NCBI GenBank assembly: GCA_963665115.1
Contig: OY762007.1
Coordinates: 2,336,001 to 2,400,000, forward strand
From: an uncultured Rivularia sp.
Lineage (GTDB): Bacteria > Cyanobacteriota > Cyanobacteriia > Cyanobacteriales > Nostocaceae
Direction: 5' to 3'
DNA length: 64,000 bases
Part shown: positions 8,984 through 19,446 of the stretch, one piece after another
Layout: every line of letters starts with the position of its first letter
How positions within the stretch are numbered: position 1 is the first letter of the stretch
The notes under the pieces: model-generated
What the model was told of the DNA's origin: nothing
Seen by the model: only the letters and a program-made list of their open reading frames with translations
Databases searched by the model: none
Position numbers and translations under genes: made by a program

Positions 8984-10519
8984 ATGTCTAAAAAGTCTTC
9001 TCTAAGTCTACTATTACTATTCTTCGGCGTTCAAATTGGCGTTAACCAGCAAGCAGCTATAGCACAAACAAATCCGGGGATTGTAATACCAACAACTCCA
9101 AAAAATATTCCCACTACTCCCAGGAATATACCTAAAACTCCCGCAAACACTCCCGCACCTTCAGGAAATAGATTTTGCGCTTCTCGATTAAATTCTGCGG
9201 TAGGTACAGTAACAAATCGCGCCCAGTTTAACAGAACTCATTGGGGTATTTTGGTTCAAAATCTGGGTTCGCCACAAACGCTTTACAGCCAGAATGCAGC
9301 TAAATACTTCACTCCCGCATCCGTCACCAAATTAATGACAACGGCGGCAGCATTACAGGCACTTAGTCCTAATTATCGCATTCGCACTTCTGTATACGGT
9401 GGCAGTAATGGTGTGGTACAAGTTGTAGGTAGAGGAGATCCGAGTTTAAAAAACGAACAGCTTGAAGTCTTAGCAAAACAGTTACGTCAAAAAGGTATTC
9501 GTCGAGTTAATAAATTAATTGCCAATGACGGTTACTTTAAAGGTGAAGCTGTCGAACCAAGTTGGATGTGGGAAGACGTACAGTTTTATTACGGCGCACC
9601 AGTCAACAGTTTAATGTTAAATGAAAACGCTGCTGTATTTAGATTATTTCCTCAAAGAGTTGGTACACCTTTATTATTAAAGTGGGATAATCCTTTAGAT
9701 GCATCTGGGTGGAAAGTTGTTAACCAAACAGTAACAGCCCGTAAAGGAACAAAAGGTTATATTGGAATTCAGCGCGATTTAAAAGGACAAATCTTATATT
9801 TAAAAGGACAACTAGCTGAAGATTCTCGTCCAGATGTAACCGCGATCGCAGTATTCAACCCCATACAAAATTTCTTGACGCATTTCCGTCAAAGTCTGGG
9901 AAAACAAGGTATTTCGGTTGCCGGAGCTTACCGTGGAACAAGCAAAACCAGCGGCAGGGAATTAGCAGCAGTACAATCTCCACCGCTATCGGAATTAATT
10001 GCAGAGACAAATATTAATAGTAATAACTTGTATGCAGAAGCTTTATTGAAAGCATTAGCGACTAAAAAACCGTTGGAAAGAAACGAAACTACCGTTAATG
10101 CCGGTTTAGAAGTAATGAAATCAACTTTAACAGGGATAGGAGTTGACTCCAGCACTTATAGACTAGTAGATGGTTCAGGTTTATCTCGCAAAGATTTAGT
10201 TAGTCCCCAAGCGTTAGTGCAGACATTACAGGGAATGGCGAAATCTCCTTATGCTTCTGTTTTCCGTGCTTCTCTACCAGTTGCGGGTAAAAATGGGACT
10301 TTAAAAAATCGTTTTAAAGATATAGCTCCCGAAGGTTTAGTGCAAGCAAAAACTGGAACAATGACTGGTGTGATAACCCTTGCAGGATATGTTAACGCAC
10401 CTAATTATGGCCCCGTAGTATTTAGTATTATGGTGAATCAAACCGAACAACCAATTAGAACCGTTAGAAATGCAATTGATGAAATTGTGGTGCATTTGAG
10501 TAAGATGCAAAGGTGTTGA
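8984..10519 (+). CDS. dacB: D-alanyl-D-alanine carboxypeptidase/endopeptidase (PBP4, peptidase S13)
   Basis: PASVTK (SxxK), SNN (SxN), KTG, GRGDPSL, DGSGLSR motifs; signal peptide. Confidence 0.93.
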   Translation: MSKKSSLSLLLLFFGVQIGVNQQAAIAQTNPGIVIPTTPKNIPTTPRNIPKTPANTPAPSGNRFCASRLNSAVGTVTNRAQFNRTHWGILVQNLGSPQTLYSQNAAKYFTPASVTKLMTTAAALQALSPNYRIRTSVYGGSNGVVQVVGRGDPSLKNEQLEVLAKQLRQKGIRRVNKLIANDGYFKGEAVEPSWMWEDVQFYYGAPVNSLMLNENAAVFRLFPQRVGTPLLLKWDNPLDASGWKVVNQTVTARKGTKGYIGIQRDLKGQILYLKGQLAEDSRPDVTAIAVFNPIQNFLTHFRQSLGKQGISVAGAYRGTSKTSGRELAAVQSPPLSELIAETNINSNNLYAEALLKALATKKPLERNETTVNAGLEVMKSTLTGIGVDSSTYRLVDGSGLSRKDLVSPQALVQTLQGMAKSPYASVFRASLPVAGKNGTLKNRFKDIAPEGLVQAKTGTMTGVITLAGYVNAPNYGPVVFSIMVNQTEQPIRTVRNAIDEIVVHLSKMQRC

Positions 10520-10625
10520 GGATTGGGAATGGGGGATAGGGGATTGGGCATAGGATTAATTTGTTAATTGGACTGTCTTTCTTCATTCCTATATGGCAAC
10601 TCAAACTACCTAGATAAAAAAGAAT

Positions 10626-10660
10626 AAGCCCGGTTTTTGTTTATATAAACCGGGTTTTTC
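10626..10660. terminator. Hairpin between convergent genes, likely bidirectional terminator
   Basis: aagcccggttt-N-aaaccgggtttttc; a similar hairpin follows the RTX-like gene at about 17411-17440. Confidence 0.5.
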
Positions 10661-10690
10661 AACATATTTAGTTATTACAGCTTTGATTGC

Positions 10691-11293
10691 TTATATATAT
10701 AGAAATACTTTCAGCTTTATCTTTTGTAAAGACTCATCAAACTCTATCGCTTCGATCGCATAGCTGCGATCTAACATAAGTTGTTGGGAATTAGTAAGTA
10801 TAGAGTTAGTGAGTTTCAGTTTAGCCTGATCGACTCGATCTTTTCGCAACTGAAAATCTTTTGTAGGAACTCCTACCCAAGTTTCTTGCTTGGCTTCAGA
10901 TAATTCTTTTTCGTTCCTCACTAAAATGTTAGGGGAAGAGTATGGTGCTTTCTCTATAGCAAACTTTAGCTTTTTTATGTCCTTGAAATTTATTACCTGA
11001 GAATTACCATTCAAAGTAATTTGGATTTCTTTTTTCGCAGAATTAAATTTGGTTAACCATCCAAACTTTGGCTTTCCTTCTTTTAACTCTACAATTGCCT
11101 GCGGTAACAAAAGTGTTATTGACTCATCAACGGGCACTTTTTCGATGATCGGAGATAAATTTGAAGGTTTTGTATCTTCATTAGATAACAAAATTTGATT
11201 GTATCCTACTATCCCAACAACCGAAGCTACTAGTGTAATTAGGAACACTTTGGGTAATACTTTCATGTATCCTAATAAAGTGTTAATTTCCAC
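10691..11293 (-). CDS. Hypothetical protein with N-terminal membrane anchor
   Basis: 200-aa ORF with one hydrophobic segment; no recognised motif. Confidence 0.6.
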   Translation of the reverse strand: MEINTLLGYMKVLPKVFLITLVASVVGIVGYNQILLSNEDTKPSNLSPIIEKVPVDESITLLLPQAIVELKEGKPKFGWLTKFNSAKKEIQITLNGNSQVINFKDIKKLKFAIEKAPYSSPNILVRNEKELSEAKQETWVGVPTKDFQLRKDRVDQAKLKLTNSILTNSQQLMLDRSYAIEAIEFDESLQKIKLKVFLYI

Positions 11294-11397
11294 TAATAAT
11301 ACTTGGTTGTTTTTTGAGAATAAAGTATAAATAATACTATTGTTTATAATTCCAGATGATTTTTTTATTCAAAACACTTATAAAACAAATCCGGAAC

Positions 11398-11811
11398 TTA
11401 ATTGATAAAAGGATTGTTTTCTTCTTCTTGGATACATTTCCAAGCAATATACAAAGCAATCGCAATATCATAACCAATACAAACTGTTGGATACCATTGA
11501 GGAACAAAAATGGTTAAGCTATGGTTATCAATAAGTAAATCCCAAACTGGATGAATTAGCCATCCCATCGCTAAAAACCAAGGTGAAAGTTTTATTCCCA
11601 TAAAAGCAATTATGCTGAATAAAATTATTCCAATAATTTCAGTTAATATCCATATAGTATTTTGACTAACAAAAGAAAAGCCGACATATATTGAAGCAGC
11701 GATAATTAAAGCAACAGCGTAAATTTTATAATGGATGTTGGAAGGAAAAGCTTGAATTACTAAAATAGTTAATCCAGCACAAGTAATTCCAACGGCTAAT
11801 TCTAGCAACAT
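11398..11811 (-). CDS. Small integral membrane protein (DUF6010-like)
   Basis: Four hydrophobic helices; IYVGF, GWLIHPVWDLL, P.WYP..C.GYD motifs. Confidence 0.7.
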   Translation of the reverse strand: MLLELAVGITCAGLTILVIQAFPSNIHYKIYAVALIIAASIYVGFSFVSQNTIWILTEIIGIILFSIIAFMGIKLSPWFLAMGWLIHPVWDLLIDNHSLTIFVPQWYPTVCIGYDIAIALYIAWKCIQEEENNPFIN

Positions 11812-11915
11812 ATAGATATAAGAATATAATTACTTATTTAAATTTGTAGCTCCCTCGGACTAGGGAGCAAGATGCTCCCACTACAGAAATTAATTGGAAT
11901 CCCTATAGTCTATTT

Positions 11916-12332
11916 TTACTTGTTAAATAGCTGTTTCCATTCTTGTAAAAATAATCCAGACCAAATTGTGAAACTAAGCATCAAAGTTCCGATAATAAAA
12001 TCCAACCAGATAAAAATATGCATCTTAAAAGAAAAGCTTTCGGTTGTCTGAAAAAGGTAATGTCCCGGACTTAACATACCAGTTAATGAATAAATACTCA
12101 GACATATATAGGCAAGCCATATAACATTTTTGAGATAAAAAATATAGCCAACGATTCCAATACCAGTTAGTATAAACCAAGATTGATAAACGCTTTGGGG
12201 AGTCATCCATTCGGGACTGGGATAGCTGAGAAAGTTGATAAAATTATCTGTGTAGTGAAAAGCTGTAATTAATACACTAACAATTAATAGTGCTAGAAGT
12301 AATATCTTATGGGATTTTTTTGTATTCATCAT
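11916..12332 (-). CDS. Hypothetical integral membrane protein
   Basis: Hydrophobic helices with HYTDNF...YP.P.W and GHY motifs. Start moved to the ATG-ATG at 12332/12329 because the upstream extension overlaps a direct-repeat promoter element. Confidence 0.7.
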   Translation of the reverse strand: MMNTKKSHKILLLALLIVSVLITAFHYTDNFINFLSYPSPEWMTPQSVYQSWFILTGIGIVGYIFYLKNVIWLAYICLSIYSLTGMLSPGHYLFQTTESFSFKMHIFIWLDFIIGTLMLSFTIWSGLFLQEWKQLFNK

Positions 12333-12380
12333 GTTTCTGTAATTACGAACATAATTAGAATACAAAGCTTTCTTTAACAA

Positions 12381-12412
12381 AATATTGGCAATAATAATCA
12401 AATATTGTCAAT
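12381..12412 (-). promoter_or_regulatory. Putative AraC-type tandem half-sites
   Basis: aatattggcaat / aatattgtcaat direct repeat with 20-bp period, between an AraC gene and its downstream neighbour. Confidence 0.45.
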
Positions 12413-12423
12413 TATTATCAAAA

Positions 12424-13317
12424 TTACAAACTATTCCGATATCTTTTAGGTGTGATTCCCATACGTTTGCGAAATGTGTTGGTAAAACGGCTTTGATCGT
12501 AAAATCCTAATTGCTGAGATATTTCTGCTAAAGTCAATTTATGGTCTTTTAATAATTCTTTTGCTTTATTAATTCGGCAATTAAGCACATATTGATAAGG
12601 TGTTACTCCGGTGGATTGCTTGAATAAACGAACGAAGTAATTTGGACTCATCTGCACTAATTCAGCAAGTTGAATCAAGCTCAAGTTACGATCTAAATTT
12701 TCTTTAATATATTCAATGACAAATTTTAATTGACAGCGAGGTATTCCACCTGCAAAATTTTTAATTATCGGTTTTTGTATGGCATAATTTCGCAAAATGT
12801 GAACCGCTAACATAGTTGCTGCGGATTCAGCATACAGAAGACTATTATTATCTGATTCAACTTCTTTTTTTAATGCTAACCCGAGACTATAAATTACCGG
12901 ATCTTCAATGGCAAACTGAGGCAAGATTTCAATTTTATTGCTATCAATGGATCGATCGACACAATTTACTAAAAATTTGGGTTCTAGAGAAAGATTAATA
13001 AACTCTATTTCCTTATCCCAGTTCATGCTCTGAGTCATATATGCGGGATAAATTGCAATCTTACCATTCGTATAAGTTTCCTTAACTACACGCCCTTCAA
13101 TTAATCTTTCTCCTTTAATCGAGTATTTATCAACATGAACCGCAATAATATGTTGTAAAAAACTGATTTCCGGAGTTTCATTTGCAGGTAAGGAATAATA
13201 CCCAATGCCAATATTATCCCATCCTTTACCAGCACTAGAAATTATCGGGGAAAGGGTAATTGGCGAGCTAATTTCTTGGGAATTAAAATTAATAGCTTTG
13301 CTTTTATCTACTGACAT
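12424..13317 (-). CDS. AraC family transcriptional regulator
   Basis: C-terminal double HTH: LSL.QLA...MSPNYFVRLFKQSTG.TP.QY...RI..AKELL, GFYDQSRFT..FRKRMG.TP..YR. Confidence 0.95.
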   Translation of the reverse strand: MSVDKSKAINFNSQEISSPITLSPIISSAGKGWDNIGIGYYSLPANETPEISFLQHIIAVHVDKYSIKGERLIEGRVVKETYTNGKIAIYPAYMTQSMNWDKEIEFINLSLEPKFLVNCVDRSIDSNKIEILPQFAIEDPVIYSLGLALKKEVESDNNSLLYAESAATMLAVHILRNYAIQKPIIKNFAGGIPRCQLKFVIEYIKENLDRNLSLIQLAELVQMSPNYFVRLFKQSTGVTPYQYVLNCRINKAKELLKDHKLTLAEISQQLGFYDQSRFTNTFRKRMGITPKRYRNSL

Positions 13318-13407
13318 TGCAGTTACTAATCAACAGTTATATATAACTCTTAACTCCCAACTCCCAACTCCCAACTCCCAACTCCCTACTCCCTACTCCT
13401 AACTTTT

Positions 13408-13842
13408 TTACCCTTTCCTACGACTTAACCAACTATCAACAGAAATCAAATTAAAACTACAGCCAGCTAGCAAGATAAACAAAACGAGATTATAAATTAA
13501 CTGCGAACCTGCTGTATCCCATTTTTGTAACAAACAAACGCCAAACATTAAAGTCATCATTAGCAGAAAATTAGCTATCAATGCTTTGCGGGTTTGTAGC
13601 CCTAAAATTAATAGCAAACCTACAGCAAATTCTACAATGGGAATTAGATAAGCGGGGCCAGCGATTAATAATGGAGGAATGGCAATCTCTTTGTAAAGTC
13701 CTACTTGAGAATCGACAAAACCAGATATATTAGGAAGTCTAACTAAGCCATGCACAAACATATTGATACCGAAAACTAGCCGTAAAAACGTGTAAGCTAA
13801 AACGATATCTATATTACGCAATTGGACTTTAGAATTAAACAT
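13408..13842 (-). CDS. DoxX family membrane protein
   Basis: LRLVFGINMFVHG, EFAVGLLLILGLQTR, ISVD. The ATG at 13842 overlaps the stop of the upstream DoxX gene. Confidence 0.85.
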   Translation of the reverse strand: MFNSKVQLRNIDIVLAYTFLRLVFGINMFVHGLVRLPNISGFVDSQVGLYKEIAIPPLLIAGPAYLIPIVEFAVGLLLILGLQTRKALIANFLLMMTLMFGVCLLQKWDTAGSQLIYNLVLFILLAGCSFNLISVDSWLSRRKG

Positions 13843-14272
13843 TTGTTCTATTAGACTCCGTGATGTAGGTGTCATCATAGTCGTTAGTTGATGATGCTGC
13901 ATCCAAGCTAACTGGACCAGTTCCGTAGTAATATATCAGCAACATTGCACCCACTAAACCAAAGTTTTTCAGAAAAGCATTTAATTCGTCGGGGTTAGTA
14001 AAAGCATTGTGAAAAACGAATGTTGTCGGAACTAAAAAGATAATTAATAAAATTGCTCCGATACGTGCTTTAAAACCGAACAGAATCGAAAGTCCACCGA
14101 CTAAAGTACAGAAAATATTACCTGCAAGTAATAAAGGTGGAAAAGGTAAACCTCTGTTAGTCATCATTTCTACAATTCCTGGAAAACCAAGAGTATTTGC
14201 AACCGCAGCCTTAAGAAAAATCGCTGCAAGAAAAGCTCTACCAATTAACGGAATATATTTTTTGAAGCCCAT
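13835..14272 (-). CDS. DoxX family membrane protein
   Basis: LIGRAFLAAIF, GG..IL.GFKAR.GA, FH, FLKN.GL.G.ML....GTG.VSLD. Confidence 0.9.
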   Translation of the reverse strand: MGFKKYIPLIGRAFLAAIFLKAAVANTLGFPGIVEMMTNRGLPFPPLLLAGNIFCTLVGGLSILFGFKARIGAILLIIFLVPTTFVFHNAFTNPDELNAFLKNFGLVGAMLLIYYYGTGPVSLDAASSTNDYDDTYITESNRTNV

Positions 14273-14395
14273 GATTAATTTTAGATTTTGGATTTAATTT
14301 AGTTATGAATTAAGAATTGAGAGTTAGAGGTTAGGAGTTAAGAGTTAGGAATTATATTCCTCATCCCCTTGTCCCCTCATCTCCCCATCTCCCCA

Positions 14396-15649
14396 TCACT
14401 TGTTGCCTGTAGATATAATAATCCTCGATGCACCTTCACCGAATAAATAGTATTTTAGCCAGTTGAAAAGTACTCCTAAACGATTGCGAATTCCGGGGAG
14501 GTATAGCAAATGAACTTCTAACCACAGAAACCAAGCAATAAATCCTTTGATTGGGAATTTACCAATTTTCCCGATTCCTGCGTGTTTTCCAATTATTGCT
14601 AAACGTCCTTTGTTGAAGTAATCGAAGGGTTGGAGCGATCGCCCTTTCATTTGTCGGAGAATGTTATCTGCTGCTGTTTTTCCTTGTTGAATTGCTTCTT
14701 GTGCTACTCCATTGAATTTTTCTTCGGAATCGACGTAAGAAACGTCTCCTATACCATATACATTTTTATGTCCGCAAAGTTGTAAGGTTTGCTCAACTAT
14801 AACTTGATCTTTTGCAGCGGTTTTTACCGATCGATTTGTTTTAGGTGTCGCGGCTAATACTCCCGCAGTCCAAATTACTGTATCTGTAAATATAGCTGTA
14901 TTATCTTCTAAATAAACGGCTTCTGAAGTGACTTTACTTACTTTGGAATTGAGATGTACCTTGACTCCCTGACGACGCAGGTATTTTTCGGTATAGTTTC
15001 CTAATTGTTGGGAATAGCTGGGAAATAATTGTTCTCCCGATTGTAAAAGTATGACTCGCGCTAGTTCGGAATTTAAGCTGGGAAAATCTTTTTTAAAAGC
15101 CTTATGAATCAATTCGTTTAAACTACCGGCTAACTCTACACCAGTTGCACCACCACCAACTATGACGAAGGTTAACAACCGTATTCTTTCTTGCTCGTCG
15201 GTAACTTTGGCAGCCTTCTCAAAATTACTTAAAACTTGATTGCGGATGGCGATCGCATCTGTCAGAGTCCTCATTGGCAAACTGTTTTCTGGCGCTCCGG
15301 TGACTCCAAGGAATTGCGATTGGCTACCCGTAGCAATTACTAAATAATCGTAATTAATTGCTACATCGGCGCTATAAATTATTTGATTATCAAAATCAAC
15401 TTTGTCAACGTTTGCTTGCAAAAAATTTACTGTCGGAAAACCCCTGAATAAACTACGCAAAGGATAAATGACTTGATGCGGATAAAGTACAGCAGTGGCT
15501 ACTTGGTAGAGCATCGGGATAAAAGTGTGATAATTATGACGGTCAATTAATAAAACATTGACTCCATGCTTACCCAGTTTTTTGGCAGCTTCTACACCCG
15601 CGAAACCAGCACCGATGATTACGACTTTTGGCTTATGAGAGGGCTTCAT
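14396..15649 (-). CDS. ndb: Type II NADH dehydrogenase (NDH-2, NAD(P)/FAD-dependent oxidoreductase)
   Basis: VVIIGAGFAG, PMLYQVAT, YDYLVIATG, IVGGGATGVELAG, WTAGV, AQEAIQQG, W..VHL. Confidence 0.9.
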   Translation of the reverse strand: MKPSHKPKVVIIGAGFAGVEAAKKLGKHGVNVLLIDRHNYHTFIPMLYQVATAVLYPHQVIYPLRSLFRGFPTVNFLQANVDKVDFDNQIIYSADVAINYDYLVIATGSQSQFLGVTGAPENSLPMRTLTDAIAIRNQVLSNFEKAAKVTDEQERIRLLTFVIVGGGATGVELAGSLNELIHKAFKKDFPSLNSELARVILLQSGEQLFPSYSQQLGNYTEKYLRRQGVKVHLNSKVSKVTSEAVYLEDNTAIFTDTVIWTAGVLAATPKTNRSVKTAAKDQVIVEQTLQLCGHKNVYGIGDVSYVDSEEKFNGVAQEAIQQGKTAADNILRQMKGRSLQPFDYFNKGRLAIIGKHAGIGKIGKFPIKGFIAWFLWLEVHLLYLPGIRNRLGVLFNWLKYYLFGEGASRIIISTGNK

Positions 15650-16233
15650 CTCTCTTTCCTCAAGTGGTTTGATATAGCTTGCATTTTTTGCAGTATACTG
15701 ATATGCGATTTATCTTGAACAGATATCTATTTTAAAGAATATATTAACTAGGTTTTTGAGTAAACTTAAAGACAATTCTCAAAATATAACTTTAGACCTA
15801 CTTCTTCAGGACTAATTCCTTAATCGTAGTATCTTGAGAAGATTTAGAAAATTAGATTTTCTCCTATAAAATACTGTGATGATTGTGATAGCGCTAACTT
15901 CTCTTCGATTTGCATACGGTTTACCTAGTAGATATTGGTAATTATGTGCATAAAGTTTGTGTAAAGACTGCAATATTATTCATAAAAGTGGTCTGACTAG
16001 CGAGAGAATAATGCAGGGATTATCTTCTACACAGATTTTTTGTGCTGATAGCGAAGTTTAAAAATATACAGTATTACTCAGCAAAATGTTTTGATGTTTT
16101 TGCCGGTATTTTCATGCTGTAATCGTACAAATAACAGGACTTCGCTTTCTTAATAATCAGCAAGAAATAAAGTTTAAAAATCTAGAAACAATAATATCCC
16201 TTTCAAAGCATCAATAAACCAGGGAGAGTTACT

Positions 16234-17397
16234 ATGGCTGAACAAGAAATGACTACAATACCCGTTAATCGGATAGATGAACCAATAAAACAACCGATTC
16301 CTGTCGAATCTGATTTTCCCATTGGAGGACCTTCTCCTGAAGCAACAATTATAGTAGGAGACGGCATACAAGCAGGTGAATCACAATTAAGCACTGACTC
16401 CATACTTCCTGCACCAAACCGTATTGAAGGAACCGATCGACCAGAGATACTTTACAGTACACCTGGAGACGATCTTGTTTTAGCGAAGGGTGGTGACGAT
16501 ACTATCTTTGGTAGTTTAGGAGATGATTTCTATAACGGTGGTAAAGGATTTGATACTTTAGACTACACTCTTTTAGGACAAAAGATTACCCTACTTCCGC
16601 GAGGTTTTATTGGTAATGGAAGTAGTCAAGGAAGTAATATTCAAGAAATAGAGAGAATTGTCGGCGCAGCTGGGAAAGATAATACTATCGACGGTTCCGG
16701 TGGTGGTAAAACTCCTGTATTTTTCACTATCGATTTATCCAAAAATAAATTAATAGTAGAAAATACTCCCACCTTTGGTTCTGTTGAATTTGTAGTTGAA
16801 AACTTTGTCAACGTTGAAGGAACAGAAAATTCCGATTTTATTGTCGGCGATAATAAAAACAATAAATTATCAGGAAATGGTGGAAATGATACTTTAATTG
16901 GTCTTTTCGGTAATGACACCTTGAGTGGTGGTTCTGGGAATGATACTTTAACAGGTGCAGATCCAGATGTAGAAAATACTGTAAAAAGAGAAAAAGATGT
17001 CTTAACAGGTGGAACGGGAACAGATACATATATTTTAGGTAATGAATTTGGTTCCTTCTATGATGATTTCGGCAATAAAGATTTTGCTAAAATTACCGAT
17101 TTTTCATTTGGAGAAATAATTCAATTAGGTGATGGGGAAACCTATAACGTCGAGCAAAAAAATAATGGGTTTAATATATTCGTAGTTGAAGATTTTGGTA
17201 GAGATTTGATTGGTAAAGTAAGGCTTTCCTCTGGAATTACCAGTGCAAAGAGTACAAATAGTTCATTTATGGCAGCATCATCAACATTAGATGCTAGTGC
17301 ATTAACGGGAACTAATTCTGATTCTTTAACAAGTGAAGTCACTGGAATGTTTACGAGTATAACTTTGAACGAACAAGGAAATATTTCCTTCGCGTAA
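16234..17397 (+). CDS. RTX/hemolysin-type calcium-binding repeat protein
   Basis: Glycine-rich nonapeptides GNGGNDTLI, GGSGNDTLT, GGTGTDTYI, GGKGFDTLD. Confidence 0.85.
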   Translation: MAEQEMTTIPVNRIDEPIKQPIPVESDFPIGGPSPEATIIVGDGIQAGESQLSTDSILPAPNRIEGTDRPEILYSTPGDDLVLAKGGDDTIFGSLGDDFYNGGKGFDTLDYTLLGQKITLLPRGFIGNGSSQGSNIQEIERIVGAAGKDNTIDGSGGGKTPVFFTIDLSKNKLIVENTPTFGSVEFVVENFVNVEGTENSDFIVGDNKNNKLSGNGGNDTLIGLFGNDTLSGGSGNDTLTGADPDVENTVKREKDVLTGGTGTDTYILGNEFGSFYDDFGNKDFAKITDFSFGEIIQLGDGETYNVEQKNNGFNIFVVEDFGRDLIGKVRLSSGITSAKSTNSSFMAASSTLDASALTGTNSDSLTSEVTGMFTSITLNEQGNISFA

Positions 17398-17559
17398 TTG
17401 TTAGAAACAAAAACCCGGCTTAAAAAAAACCGGGTTCTTTAATTATTAGTTTCTTAATTACGATCAATGATTTAGAAGTTTTAGATCTCAACGGCTTTAA
17501 TTACGGATGCTGAGGAGATTAAGGGGATGGGAGATGGGGAGTTATAGATTTGATAATTG

Positions 17560-18141
17560 TTAATTGTTAATTGATTCAAACACGATTCCTTCATACAGCA
17601 ACTCGATGGGAAACTCAAATTCAATGCTTGATAAAGTAACAATATCTCCTGCTGTATAGGGATAATAAAGCCACATTCTTCCTTCTCCTCTACAGTAACG
17701 CTCGACGGAGATTTTTTCCGAATCAATCAAGATATATTCTTGCAAAGAAGGCATTTTTAAATAATAAGTGAATTTTTCGCCCCTATCTTTAGAACTTGTA
17801 CCGGGAGAAAGCACTTCAGCAATTAACTTGGGATTTTTATAAAATTTACGAGCATTCAAATCTTCAGAATCACAACTGACGATAACATCAGGATAGTAAT
17901 AAGGACTTTGAGGTGTTACCTGCACTTTCACATCCGACACGTTAGCCTTACAACCTCTAGAACGTAAATGTGGGTACAAGTTTCTGTAAAAGTTCAGAGC
18001 AATATCATTATGAGGGATTGTACTACCCGTCATTGCAAAAACTTCGCCGTTAAGATACTCATAGCGAATTTCTTGCTGGGGTTCCCATTCAAGATATTCC
18101 TCGATTGTCATTTTTTGCGGTTGTTCGGGTATAGCTACCAT
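17560..18141 (-). CDS. Uma2 (DUF820) family endonuclease-like protein
   Basis: MT.EEYL.WE, RYEY.NG.V.AM.G...HN.I, YYYPDV.V.C, EVLSPGT...DRGEKF..Y...SLQEYILI. Confidence 0.93.
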   Translation of the reverse strand: MVAIPEQPQKMTIEEYLEWEPQQEIRYEYLNGEVFAMTGSTIPHNDIALNFYRNLYPHLRSRGCKANVSDVKVQVTPQSPYYYPDVIVSCDSEDLNARKFYKNPKLIAEVLSPGTSSKDRGEKFTYYLKMPSLQEYILIDSEKISVERYCRGEGRMWLYYPYTAGDIVTLSSIEFEFPIELLYEGIVFESINN

Positions 18142-18351
18142 ATCAAGATTTTTGTTAAAGAGCTTTATTAGATTTTAGCTATTTGGAGAAGGGGGAGACA
18201 TTATTAAAGTAGTAAGTAGTGAGTAGTGAGTAGTGAGTAATAAGTAAAAATAGACGTAATACGGCAGCAACATTTATGACAATAAGAATAAAAAGTGATT
18301 TACTTGCTACTTTCTACTTGCTACTTGTTACTCGCTACTCCTAACTGTTCC

Positions 18352-19146
18352 CTATTCCCTATTCCCTATTCCCTCTTTTATTGAATTCAAACCATAACCA
18401 AAAACTTTCCCATTTCTAAATAGTTGGTATCCAACAAATATCAAGCTAGCTGATATAAGGAGAGCTAAAAAGTTAAATGAGGTAAATAGTCTACCGGAAA
18501 ACAAAAGTAACGCAGTTCCAACTCCGATCAAACCCCATCCCCAACTACGGTTGATTTCCCTTTTAACAAGAATAAAGACTCCCCCAATCCATAATAAAAC
18601 GGTTGGAAAACCAACACTCAAGCCAATTCGAGTATTTGCTGCGAAAATTAATATTCCTGCAACCATTGATGCTAAACCAACGAACTTACTTTTACGGTCT
18701 ACAACTTGTACTTGTTGCTCGTTATTGATAGCTTGAGGTTGGATAGTGGTGGTTTGATTTGTTGCGATCGCAGTTTGCTGACTTTGCTGTTTGTATTGAA
18801 ATATAAAAGTCACTTTATTTTCGTTCCCGAGGTCAATTCTATCCCCTAAATTAAGTAGATAGCGTGTATGATTTTCTAACTTATTTCCGTTTAAATAAGT
18901 ACCGTTAGAACTACCGATATCTATTAAATAGTAAGTATTATGTTCTACAATAATTTCTGCGTGGACTCGCGAAACAATGTCGGCAGAAGGTAAATCTAAA
19001 ACATTAATATCTATAGGAACTTGTTCGTTAGGTTTCCCGATACGAATAATAGGATAATTTGGCAGAATTTCAAACGAAGTATTGGTTTGAGTATGGAGCA
19101 GTTCTAAACCCAGCCCTGTTGTTTGTAAAGTGCCTAAGTTTTGCAT
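18352..19146 (-). CDS. FHA domain membrane protein
   Basis: IRIGK..., VSRVHAEI, DIGSSNGTYLN; C-terminal transmembrane helices. Confidence 0.88.
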   Translation of the reverse strand: MQNLGTLQTTGLGLELLHTQTNTSFEILPNYPIIRIGKPNEQVPIDINVLDLPSADIVSRVHAEIIVEHNTYYLIDIGSSNGTYLNGNKLENHTRYLLNLGDRIDLGNENKVTFIFQYKQQSQQTAIATNQTTTIQPQAINNEQQVQVVDRKSKFVGLASMVAGILIFAANTRIGLSVGFPTVLLWIGGVFILVKREINRSWGWGLIGVGTALLLFSGRLFTSFNFLALLISASLIFVGYQLFRNGKVFGYGLNSIKEGIGNRE

Positions 19147-19194
19147 TTTCAGGGATGATACTTGTATTTATTAATCTTGATTGTAGCGAGAAAA

Positions 19195-19388
19195 TAGGGA
19201 GTAGGGAGTTGGGAGTAGGGAGTAGAGAGTAGGGAGTTGGGAGTAGGGAGTTGGGAGTAGGGAGTTGGGAGTAGGGAGTTGGGAGTAGGGAGTTGGGAGT
19301 TGGGAGTTGGGAGTAGGGAGTTGGGAGTTGGGAGTTGGGAGTAGGGAGTTGGGAGTTGGGAGTAGGGAGTTGGGAGTTGGGAGTAGAG
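19195..19388. repeat. Long STRR tract (GGGAGTA/GGGAGTT heptamers)
   Basis: About 27 tandem 7-mers. Related STRR tracts occur at about 13351-13403, 18210-18370, 23400-23605, 28570-28648, 30495-30691, 36790-36835, 40190-40240, 41575-41625, 50710-50780, 62335-62435 and 63108-63220. Confidence 0.95.
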
Positions 19389-19446
19389 AACAGTTATGAT
19401 TATCAACTAGAATTTTTTTTAACTCCTAATTCCTAACTCATAACTC

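Noticed and set aside
19149..19406. 85-aa ORF of SQLPTP repeats (also 13205-13402)
   Set aside because: Translation of an STRR tract.
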